A stretch of DNA of 64,000 nucleotides. It comes from Chlorokybus atmophyticus. Its lineage: Eukaryota; Plantae; Mesostigma and Chlorokybus algae. Made by a program: the position numbers and the translations under genes. The DNA is taken from assembly GCA_009103225.1 (NCBI GenBank), contig RHPI01003508.1, forward strand, positions 160,524 through 224,523, given 5' to 3'. Below are positions 1 to 10,800 of this stretch, piece after piece (position 1 is the first letter of the stretch; every line of letters starts with the position of its first letter). A model generated the notes under the pieces. The model was not told the DNA's origin. It worked only from the letters and a program-made list of their open reading frames with translations, and searched no databases.

Positions 1-1550
1 TGCGCGCGTTTTCCTGGTCGGGGATTTCAATGCATACAATCTAATCAATCTCCTTAGTGGTACAGGGTACGTTATGGGATGCAAAATAGTTTTAGAACCT
101 TTTTTGGCCCATCTGTCGAGCACCACATTTTCATGACGTATGGCGAATATCGGCGAGTTGTGAGTCTGCCGCAGATATCGACCTGGGTCCAGGACCAGTC
201 CGAAAGGTGCCAAAAAACGGATGGCCTGTCGAGAAGGGCTCGTTCAGATTTCCGGAAGGGCATGGCGCCAAATAATATAACCTAATCATATGCGCACCAA
301 ATGAAGAGATCTTTGGTGCGTGGGAAAGGAAAGTCTAGAATGTGTACTACAAGTTCGGCAAGAATAACTCAGCTTCTGATTCTGTTTAGCGCCAGCATTG
401 TGTAGATAGTAGCATGTGCAGATCGGTAGGTATACAAGAGACATTTTGCTATGTGCAAAACAACTTTTATCTCCCTATTTTTTTGGGGTGCAAGCCTGGT
501 GGTGGGTAGCAGGGGTTGCTAGCGTGTGTCCACTGGTGTGTGCTTGCTTGTGTGACAATCCAAGGCGCTACACAAGTCGGTGTGTAGCTTCGAGCGCATG
601 CGCGTGCGTACGTGAGTGGCGGGGCGCGCGTGTGTGCTTGGCGGAGGGGGCAAGGTTCTGGTGTGAATACCGCGTCTTGGTTAGAGGGATGTTGATTGGA
701 CCAACTCACAGGTGACAAGGCACGAGCACCGTCACAGTGGGGGACCCTGGTCCGAACCTTAAGCCGCCCGGGTGTTTGGACCATGGTCCGCACGTGCGGA
801 CCAGGGCTGGTCCGCGGAAAACGTTCTGTGTAATTGGTAACCAACGCGGCTCACGTTGTTCTTCTTGTTGCTGCTTATGTTCACGTACTTTCTTCAGCGC
901 TTGCGCCTGCTAATACTGTTTGCGACGCCGTTTTAATCGTGTTGCACGCTGCTCGCTGTTCTCGTTATCACGCCTTCGTACGCCTTCGTTAATCGGATGC
1001 CACTTTTGCATACTTCCGTTGCTCACTCCCATCATGCATACGTTCATCCATATTTGCAACTCACTCACTCGCCTACACAGTTTTATAGCCTGACGCAGAG
1101 AACCCTTTTTTTAAGGTTTTTGTAATCTGAGTTCAATCTACATGCCTGTCTACACAGCTTGCCCCGTAAAGCCACAACACACAGTCTATTCCCAAATGAT
1201 ACGCATCCCCTACTTTACGAGTCTTCGCTACCCTCCGTACTACCATGAAAAAACCTACATGGCTCATGAGTGCTGCTGTCAAATACTACGCGCCAACACA
1301 CTTGGCGCCTTGGTGCTGCTTTGTATGACAAACTTCGCAACAACTAATTAGTCCCTTACTCTATATGCCATCTTACATAGCGAGTATACAACCATTGCCG
1401 CTCCATCTGTCTCGCAAGTCGCACTGCTGCCTCGTTAACCATATGTTTTTTCAGCGTAGCTACTTAGACCTTCAACTTGACATTCTCATCAATCAATAGC
1501 CTATACTTAATATATAACAAGGACAAACATTAAACAACCACAATTCGACA

Positions 1551-1625
1551 ATGAAAGTCCGGTCGAGTGGGCTATGACATTGGTCATCGGAGCTTGAGAC
1601 CCGGGTTCGATTCCTGCCTTGCATT
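1551..1625 (+). pseudogene. tRNA-like remnant (pseudo-tRNA or SINE head)
   Basis: A-box-like GGTCGAGTGG at 1561, B-box GGTTCGATTCC at 1604-1614, acceptor arms ATGAAAG (1551-1557) and CTTGCAT (1618-1624) pair 6/7. The anticodon arm does not fold. Confidence 0.55.
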
Positions 1626-1930
1626 CCGCAGTCGTTGTTTCTTGATCCAGTAACATTGTAAATGGTCACTTCATAAGTGCCATCATCCATGAGTCGCGTT
1701 TTGCAAAATGGCAGTCGCGCCAAACTGAGCAGTTCAATCGGCGCGGCACGATGCGACTGCCTATCGCGGCGATGCGACATGTGGGGCCGACAACGACGCG
1801 CTTGGCGCGCAGTTGATCGGTATGGGCCTGTACAAACCTGGCCTTAGTAGTGGGGCCGGTGACCGACCCTAATAAACCCCTGGGATGATTCCCCAGCTGA
1901 GCATGAGCAGCTGCCGAGGACGTCAGCGTT

Positions 1931-2160
1931 TTTAAGTGGGGGGAATGTAACGGGAAGGTACATTAAGTAACCACAAATCGACAACTACTCACCACGTTCA
2001 GATCGCATCGACTCCAGCTCTTCACGAAAGCGACCAACTTCCGTTTTAAGTTGACGCTTCTCACCTTAATATTGCATGCGCCGCTTCCACTCTTAGTCTC
2101 GCTGTGCGACCCCCTCTATCACCGCCTTGCATGCTTTGTGGACATCACTGCACAATGCAA
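1931..2160 (+). mobile_element. Orphan polypurine tract plus start of an LTR (gypsy-like); right end undefined
   Basis: TTTAAGTGGGGGGAA directly followed by TGTAACGG at 1946, the same PPT|TGTAAC junction as at 12227 and 19248, but the downstream sequence differs from those LTRs. Confidence 0.45.
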
Positions 2161-2966
2161 CTCAGTCCATCAACTTAAATTCTTGGAGAACCAAACAACA
2201 ACATAGTTTCCCTGCACTTTATTTAATTTGATCTTTTCATATAGTAGTAGGATTTGAGTTTCATTTAATTGCCAAAAGGTCACAGAGTTGAGCAGGTTGT
2301 ACTTCTTTAATTGCGTTGTTTGAGATGCGGACGACATGCTATGATGGATTGTCAAGCGTGTGAGGAAGCGTGTGAGCGTATGCACCTGCATAAACATGGA
2401 TTAGCAAGCGTTCTTGCAAGTGTATGAGTGCATGAATAACCAAGTAAGTGCGACTATTAATACCCTACCCTACCCACCCCTCTTGCTTGACATACATAGA
2501 GGCAGACCGCCCTCCCCCCCCCCCCCCCNCATCAACATACCTTGCTAGGAATCAGCTGTGGCAAGGTCGGGGGACAATTGGCAGAGAGATTGGTTGCTTG
2601 TCACAAGATCAGACCGTCCGATCTGCCAGATTGGCCGACTTGCCAACCTTTGTGCGCGCAACTCCTGCACACACCAGCTCACGCGTTAATGGAAGGAGAG
2701 AGGGGGAGGGGGAGGAAGGCGTATTGTGTAAACCTTGTGCGAAACAGCAGCACCATATGCACACAGGCATGGGTGGAAGAGGCGTGCATGCACATGCGTG
2801 CAGATTAACAAACCTTGAAGACTGCAGGGGTGGGGGGGCTGACTAGCTGTGGACTGGCTGCTGCCAAGCTCCTATGCGCACAACTCCTTTTTACACATAA
2901 GCGCAAGCGTTGGTGGAAGAAGAGGGACCAGGTCGGGGAGGACGTGCAAGCATGCACACATGCGTG

Positions 2967-3169
<203 letters not shown>

Positions 3170-3751
3170 GTTACAAAGCTCGCACCCTTGCGCACACGCA
3201 CAGTCATAAATCCTTGCATACACAGCATACACATACTGAACAACCATACCACTTGTGAAATGTGCACTTGGTGAGGAAGGTTGTTTTGCTTGTTTGGTCT
3301 ACTGCCCTGGCTGAGCATAAACGATGGGGGTAAGTGGCAGCAATAGCACATGAAAAGCACAAATCACACAGGCTCGCCGCAACTCACCAGCTGACAAACA
3401 CGCCATCTCAACGTCGGGCTGACTGGTCACTGCTACAACTTGAGTGACCTGGTTGGCTTGGCCGGGCAAGGGGTGATAGAGGGAGAGGGGGAGCGTGCAC
3501 CAAGGAAGCCACAAAGTGAGCAGTGTGACGAAAGCACGTATGGACAGGCATGCGCTTGTGCACAAACTTAAACTCACCGCCAGAAAGGCGCCGCCTCCTT
3601 GCTCGCCGCCGTTCTGGACGCCGCTTTGACCTGGTCGCCTGCCTGGCGAGGTCAGGGGGTGAGGGGGCAGCTGCGGGGGACGCTTTTGACACAGATTGAC
3701 TTCCCAATGACTTCTCACCTGAGCAGCTGCGACCGTCGTTGTCTTAGCCTG

Positions 3752-4425
3752 CTTGCCAGCATGATCCACTGGGTTGTCAGCTATTGCCACGTTCGTCAGA
3801 ATCATGTGGTATTTTCGTACTTGTAAGAATGAGTGTTTTGAAGCCGCCCAAAACACATTCGAATTTTCGCAATCCTCGCGTCGGGGATGGGATGCGACCT
3901 GCCTGGCTGTGCGCCAGAATATGCAATGCGTTGGGTGAGCCCATGGCAGCGCTCAATGCATTACGCGGCAACAGTGGGGTCATCAAATGCATTGTGAAAG
4001 GCGACTGCAATTCAACGAAACCGCACGCACAAACGGGGGTAATCTTTGGATATAGTAGTAGGATGTAGCAATAGGGCCGGCCTGATCCACTGGCCCGTCG
4101 GCTGCTGCCGCGTTCATCTAAACAATCTGGTGTTTTTGTACCATTCATGATGAGTGTTTGGAAGCCACCCACAACACATTCAAAGTTTTGCGACCGAACC
4201 CAACTTACAACGGCAGGTCGCGCGTCGGGGACGGAATGCAAATTGCCTGGTTGTGCACTAGAATATGCAATGTGTCGAGTGAGCCCATGGCGGCATTCAA
4301 TGCATCGCGCAGCAACAGTGAGGTCACCAAATGCATTATAGAAGGATGCATACAAGGATGCACGATTGCAACGAATCCGCACGCACAAAGGGGCGTAATT
4401 TCTTTGTATAATAGTAGGATGTTAT
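3752..4425. repeat. Diverged two-copy tandem duplication, unit ~321 bp
   Basis: Collinear blocks TGATCCACTGG (3762/4083), ATGAGTGTTT.GAAGCC.CCCA.AACACATTC, CGCGTCGGGGA, AGAATATGCAATG, GAGCCCATGGC, CGCACGCACAAA and TAGTAGGATGT recur in both copies. Confidence 0.9.
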
Positions 4426-5131
4426 ATTGTGCGCCAAGTTACAAACTCTCATGGTCCACAAAAATAAATTTTAATGGTGTAACGACACAACGGATCCTAC
4501 TAATATATTCATTGTTGCCGCATGTTTGCAAATGATGAATACATGAAACAGAAGAATGTTTCATGTATCTATCATTTACAATATAGTACAATTACATTGC
4601 ATCATATGTTGTACACGTAGTAAAAGTACTTGTGCTTATTACGCACACAACATGCATGATCTGTTGATATACAAGCGGCATATCCTATCATACACAATGC
4701 ATGCACATGTTCGTCACATGCATTTATAATTATTGCATAATTGAAGCAAAATATTACGTAGCCACACCCTAAACTGTGCATGATGCATATTAACGTGAAA
4801 CCTTGATATGCATCATTCATATAATGACACATGTGTGAGAGTACCGTCCACTCAGCAAAAAAACCAAGCAGAATTGCTTAATGAAGTCTTGATGTGCCAA
4901 CAGGGTGGAAAGATAATAGTTGTATGCATACTTAAGGAGGTTGAGCCCTCCAAGACAAGTAGCATGATAGTTGTCAGGCAATGTATAGTCCCGCGTCAAT
5001 CTTGCTCCAATCCCAACCACCCCACTCTGCTAATAATCCGTGATGTTAAGATGTTTCCGCTGATATTGGGTGCATGGGCGAAGAGGCAAAGAGAACCATC
5101 TTCGTATGTGTGCGCATGTCGCGATGCATTG

Positions 5132-5242
5132 ATAGCTACATGATGTGCATGAGGATCATGCACATCATGTAGCTATAAACAGAGTGGAAGGTATCATGAT
5201 GTGCATGATCCTCATGCACATCATGATACCTTCCACTCTGTT
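5132..5242. repeat. Two adjacent perfect hairpins with reverse-complementary cores
   Basis: Hairpin 1: 21-bp arms 5132-5152/5156-5176, loop GGA. Hairpin 2: 31-bp arms 5178-5208/5212-5242, loop TCC. Confidence 0.97.
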
Positions 5243-5545
5243 ACGCCGTGGTAATATTCTTGCTATTTGAAGTAATGATGACATGACTCATATCACAGTA
5301 TCAACATGACAAGTATGTTACTAATATGTTTTGTAATGTATATACCGAGACAGCATACAAATGTTACAATCATGTAAACATGAGGTGCACAATTGATACG
5401 CTTAACACTAGGATGGTAGCGAAAAGTAACAAAAATAATGCACTTAGCTTTATTTTCTGCCCCATTATGACGTTTGTTGAAGACAATCATACTTAAGTCA
5501 AAGTTTGGGTGGATTGCTGACGCAGTTTCAACGGGCATAAATACA

Positions 5546-5584
5546 ACCGCGGTTAACTGCCCGCGGCAGTCCGTTAACCGCGGT
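5546..5584. repeat. GC-rich nested inverted repeat
   Basis: ACCGCGGTTAAC (5546-5557) and GTTAACCGCGGT (5573-5584) are perfect reverse complements and enclose ACTGCC-CGC-GGCAGT. Confidence 0.9.
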
Positions 5585-5867
5585 ATACACTTGACTTCGC
5601 CGCCAGAGATTGTGAGTTCCGCCAACTTCACGGGCAACTCGCGCGTTTGACTCACACCTTTTAGGGTGTGGCGGCAACTGCACAGCAAACTAGCTACTTG
5701 CAACCTTCGTAACACCTACCACAAGCATCAAAGAAGCACGAAACTAATCGTCCGGCGTACTAGTCCAAATTTGCTACAACTCGATACCAGGAATGTTGTC
5801 ACAACCGATTCGATTTCGTTGCAATAAGAAGAGATCTGTTTTTGTATCAAAAACATTTCAAGTACTT

Positions 5868-6015
5868 ATATCGGTATAGTTATCATCCTAATGTTGAGAG
5901 CAACAGCTTGCGATTACTTTTGTATATGCACATTAAGTGCAATATCGGTATAGTTATCATCACAATGTTGAGAGCAACAGCTTGCTTTTACTGTTGTATA
6001 TGCACATTGAGTGCA
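5868..6015. repeat. 74-bp two-copy tandem repeat
   Basis: ATATCGGTATAGTTATCATC..AATGTTGAGAGCAACAGCTTGC...TGTATATGCACATT.AGTGCA at 5868 and 5942. Confidence 0.95.
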
Positions 6016-6653
6016 ATACGACCTGAGCATTGAGTGTTTGTATTGCTGCAGATAAATCTATGCTCATCTTGAATGAATGTATTGTTTTTTACTCATATTT
6101 ATATTGATTCACTTTATGATATGCTATTAAACACGATTAATGTGTATGTTATAAATGTGTCCACCAACAACTAGTCATGGCTGATGATGGGATGTTTGTG
6201 GTGTGTGTCCTTGCTTTGTGCCCCTTAACTTTCCACAATACACGTATACATTTTGTCAACTGTGTATGTAATATCAACATCCAATAACATTGAAACTTAT
6301 ACTTAAAGATTGAAGCTTATGCGCTCAGCAGCCTAGTGTTAACTTAACAATAAGCTGGCCGGTAACTTTACTCGTAATGGAAAGCGAATATTGGTAAAAT
6401 AAACGTTGAATAACATGTGATAATGTATTTAAAGCTCCAAAATTACATCGTCCAAAGAGAGCATTCCTTACAATGTGTGGATTTACAAAAATGATCATTT
6501 GTTTTATTTGGAGGCTTTGTGAAATTCAATTAAGTGCCTGAGGGTATACGTATACAGCGCAATCCGTGCAATGTGTCATTGTAGTGTTCATTATCACCGG
6601 CATAAACCGAAGAATGAGCGTGCAAATGAATATGACATGTGTTAAGTAGCCGA

Positions 6654-6977
6654 TGTAACGGAGGGCTACCTCTACAGAGGTTCCCCGCCCTTATCTAATT
6701 GAACAAGGGTCCCAACGGGTATATACATCCATATTGGGGCCGTTAACCTAATATTAAGGCCCTAATGTAGTGTTATTTATCTGTAACACTATTATCGACC
6801 CGAAACATGAGTCTTGTGTCGATATCAGGTGTATGGCGGCACTACTTATGCAGCGGCCGCTATAGTCAGGGCATCTTCGGCTCCGGCAGTAACCCTTGGC
6901 GGCGGCGGTGTCGATGGCCTCGCTGAAGGCGGTGTTGGGGTAGGGGATTGAAGGGGCGGTAGCACCCCTCCTTTACA
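6654..6977 (+). repeat. 5' LTR of copy 1
   Basis: Starts TGTAACGG, ends CCTTTACA, followed by the PBS. Confidence 0.95.
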
Positions 6978-7804
6978 TTGGTATCGGAGCACGAGCGACG
7001 AGGGGCCTGTGGGAGGGGCGGCGGCAGGTAGCAGCAACTGCGGCGGCAGATGGCAGCGACAGCAGCGGCAGCGGCGGCGGCGGCGTTATTAGTGAATAGT
7101 TATTGGATAGTTGTGTATGTAACTAGCGCTGCTGCTGGCTTAACTTGCCTAGCCTAGTTTGCATTGCCTTGCTTAGCCTAGCCTAGCTTACCTTGCCCTG
7201 CCTAGCCTAGTTTGCTGTTAGGGGAGGCGGCCACTCAGGCAGTTTACCCCCCCAAGCAGTGCATCTCAGCACATCACCTAGTGAGTAATATTGTTTTTTC
7301 TTTCTTCACTTGTGTGTGCTTGCCACCACGTGGGTTCGTGGTGGTGTGAAGGGGTATATATTTTAAAGAAATACAAATCCCTTGGGGGCAGTCCAGTGGC
7401 AACATCGGCTATTCCGACCGCCAATAAGGGCGGTGAGGCCGCCCGAGTTATTTTGCGCGGCCGATATCAAACTTACGACTGACAACTAGTCGATGTTGGC
7501 CTGTAAGGTCGATTTGACGAGATTTCGGCACCTCGTGTGTCAATTACAATTGTGAGTTGATATGGGTTGTATAAAGTGTGAAAGCTTTGGACAGCCATAG
7601 CTCGTGAACCGTCGCGTGGATTCGCGTGCGGTTTGCAGTTGCAGAGTGAGTGTCAAGTTAAGAGGTGTGTGGAGAGCTCTTGTTTGGGTCTGTACACCCC
7701 ACGTTAACCCCTCGAGACTTGACGCAACAAATCACTATTATTTGCCAATTTTGCAATGCACAATCTGTGTATTAATGCACTTGCTAACGCGAATCCTTGG
7801 GCAG

Positions 7805-10800
7805 ATGGCTGACCAAGAGGCGGGAGGTGACAAGTACTTCACCGTCCCTGACTCATTGCTATCATACGAACCATCGAGTGATGATAAAGTGAGAGACTAG
7901 GATACGAGTAAGAGCTACAAACTCATTGAGAGTGACAAGGAGGGAGCTGAGCAGGATAGCAAAGCTTCTCCCAACCTATCTACTCAGAGTGGACCAGCTA
8001 TAAGGGACACACAAACTGTCATTTGGCGGGGCCATTGAGAAGTATGCCTCAGAGCGTAAGGCTCTGCTTGCTGGCCACCCTTACCTTCGTTAGGAAACAT
8101 GAAATGCATGGGCGCAGAAGATTCGTGATGGGTAGGAAACGAACTTTGCCACACTCCCTCGCGCAAGCAAGAAGTTGGTGATCCGCATGCTTGAGCACGA
8201 ATTGACGATCAACATCCCGCCACTTGCATGAGATGATCCGAGAGTGGCTGCTCTCATGACCATATATGACAAGCCACTTCCATATGAAGGGAAGCGCATG
8301 GCGTTTGAGACTTTGGCCAACTTTGTGGTAAAATCATCACAGCGTTGCAAGGATGTGTTTCGGTACTTGGGACCTGACTTGGAAAACAAGTTAACAGCTT
8401 GATTAAAGTTGGCGGCACGCCTTGATACGCAATCCGAGTCGGTGGCGCTGCGCCAACAAGTGGCGGATGCTACTTCAGCAGCTGGTGCATTCATGGGGCT
8501 GCCGATTACAGCGCTAAACAAACCTGAGAAGTTCAAGCCCAACGGCAGTGTCAGCATCCATGACTGGGTGGTCATTGTAGAGCACTACTTGACAACACTG
8601 AAGCGCCCATTGGTAAGCACATTGCTGTTGCTGAGTTGCTCATGCCATTTGACGTTCTCACCGAGTGGGCGAGGCAAATAGAGGATGGTGCGGCCAAGAT
8701 AGTGGAAGCGCTATTCAAGTTCCTTGTGGAGCGCTGTGGTGGCATGAATTTGGCTACTCAGGCTCGCAACAAGCTTAACAAGTTGCGACAGAATGGCCGG
8801 GTGGCTTTAATCTATCTGCAGTAGTTCCAAGCATTGGTGGATTGCGTGAACAGTGACCTCATGCCCATGGACAAGGCTGAGCTTTGAATTGTACAAGCGC
8901 GGCTTGAATGCGCGTGTGCGCGATCAGCTGCAATACACGGCAACGGGACTTCCTTGCGTTCTTAAAGACTTGGCCAACCTGCAGAGTTAAGCGTGTATCT
9001 ATAGAGTGATGACACAGTGCAGGAGAAGACACATGTGGCAACTGCGGCTAAGCTGCAGAGGGTGGGAGGAAAGCGTTACCCTCAGCCATGCAATGCGCAC
9101 ACGGCAGAAAAGGCGAAGACATTCACGCCTTATACTGGTGGCACATCTGCAGGTGGTGCTACACCTGCTGCGGCTCGCACTTGTTACGTCTGTCATTAAC
9201 CGGGCCACATTGCAAAGAATCGCCCTACCAATGTGAAGGGCAAGGCCAAAAAGGTTGAATAGGATTACGCCGTGACTGGTGTGGAGATGGTTGATAGCCA
9301 GTTGCTTGAGATGCATGCAGCACACTCGATCAATAATCTGTCCCAAGTGCATGTAATGATTCACGCATGGCAAGCACATGACAAGTTGCCACATTTTTAT
9401 GTTGAAAAAGTGGAAGAGAGCGCTTGTGTGCTGGTACATGTGGAATTCAACGTGCTTACTGATGTGTTGCATGCATTGACTAGGTAGCAAAAGAAGCACA
9501 ACACCTAAAGTATGGTGGTGATGGTGCCAAAGTATCATGGCCCATAATTAAAGCATACTCGCGGGGGTACTGTGCTGAAGCAATTTAACAAGCGTGAAGT
9601 AGGGACAGTACGATTGTCGGCAATATTGATCAACCCTCGCGTTAGTCACGGACTCTTGGCTACATTTCGGACACGGGTGGTACCCATGTTGAAGACATTC
9701 AGTAGCACAATGCAGGGCGTAAAAAGTTCTATCTTGATTGACACAAGTGCAACACAACTTCGTTAAGGAACAATGGGTTGTGCGCAACAAAATAGCGTGT
9801 AAACCCTCAGCATTTTCAGCTGCTAGTGCGAGGGGTGCGTTGCCAGTAAAGGGGAGATACAAATGAAGTAAGAATTGGAAAATTGTCATGCCACTCTTAC
9901 TTTCATAGTAGTATCCATTAACATATCAGGTGTTAATGTGGTATTAAGACAGGAATGGCAGAAAAATGTTAAAACGACATTGGATACTGGCGCACACCTG
10001 TGCACATTAAAGAAAGGTCGTAAGCGTGTAACATTGTCTGTGAAAGGGTCACATAGCTTAGAGCACAAGCACCTCGACCCTGCGTTACTCACTGCAAGTG
10101 AAGCGCGCGGTGCGCAAAAACATACCGGCTTTTGGTCCACTTGACATCGTTGGACAACTTTATGCCGAGCAGTACAGAAGGTGTTGCCAACATCATCAAG
10201 ATTACCAACATGTGTTCTTAGATGAGTTGCTTGGCTTACCTCCTGATCGAGGTGTTGGACACACTATACCACTCATTTTTTATAGTGAGCCTCCGTTTCG
10301 GCCTATATATAGGCTAAGCCCCCGCGAGAGGGGGGAATTCATTGAACCGAGTTCTTCACCCTTTGACGCGCCCATTTTGTTTGTGATGAAAAAGATTGGA
10401 AAGCTGCGCATGTGTGTGGATTACCGTGCCTTGAACAAGATTACAATTGAAAATTGATACTCGTTACCACAAATTGATGATGTGTTTGATCAACTGTCAA
10501 GAGATGCGTATTTCAGAACACTGAACTTGACAAATGGATATCATCAAATCCGGATTTATCCTTCTGATGTTTACATAACAGCATTCAGCACACCTTCAGG
10601 CCATTATCAGTACAAAATGTTACCTTTTTGACAGATTAATGCGCCCGCAATGTTTCAGAAGGAGATGAATAAAATTTCTGGTGCCATCCTTGGCAAGTAT
10701 GTTATAGTTTACTTGGAGGACATCATTGTCTTCAGTAAACTAAGAAACATCAGCAGCAGCACTTGGAAACGGTGTTTACCTTATTGCATACACATCGCTT

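Noticed and set aside
2-135. VFLVGDFNAY resembling a LINE APE-endonuclease motif
   Set aside because: A single short motif at the window edge, with no other APE or RT motifs following.
784-803. Perfect 20-bp palindrome TGGTCCGCACGTGCGGACCA among GGTCCG/CGGACC repeats
   Set aside because: Real, but no element boundaries or ORF could be tied to it; likely a subterminal repeat of an unidentified TE.
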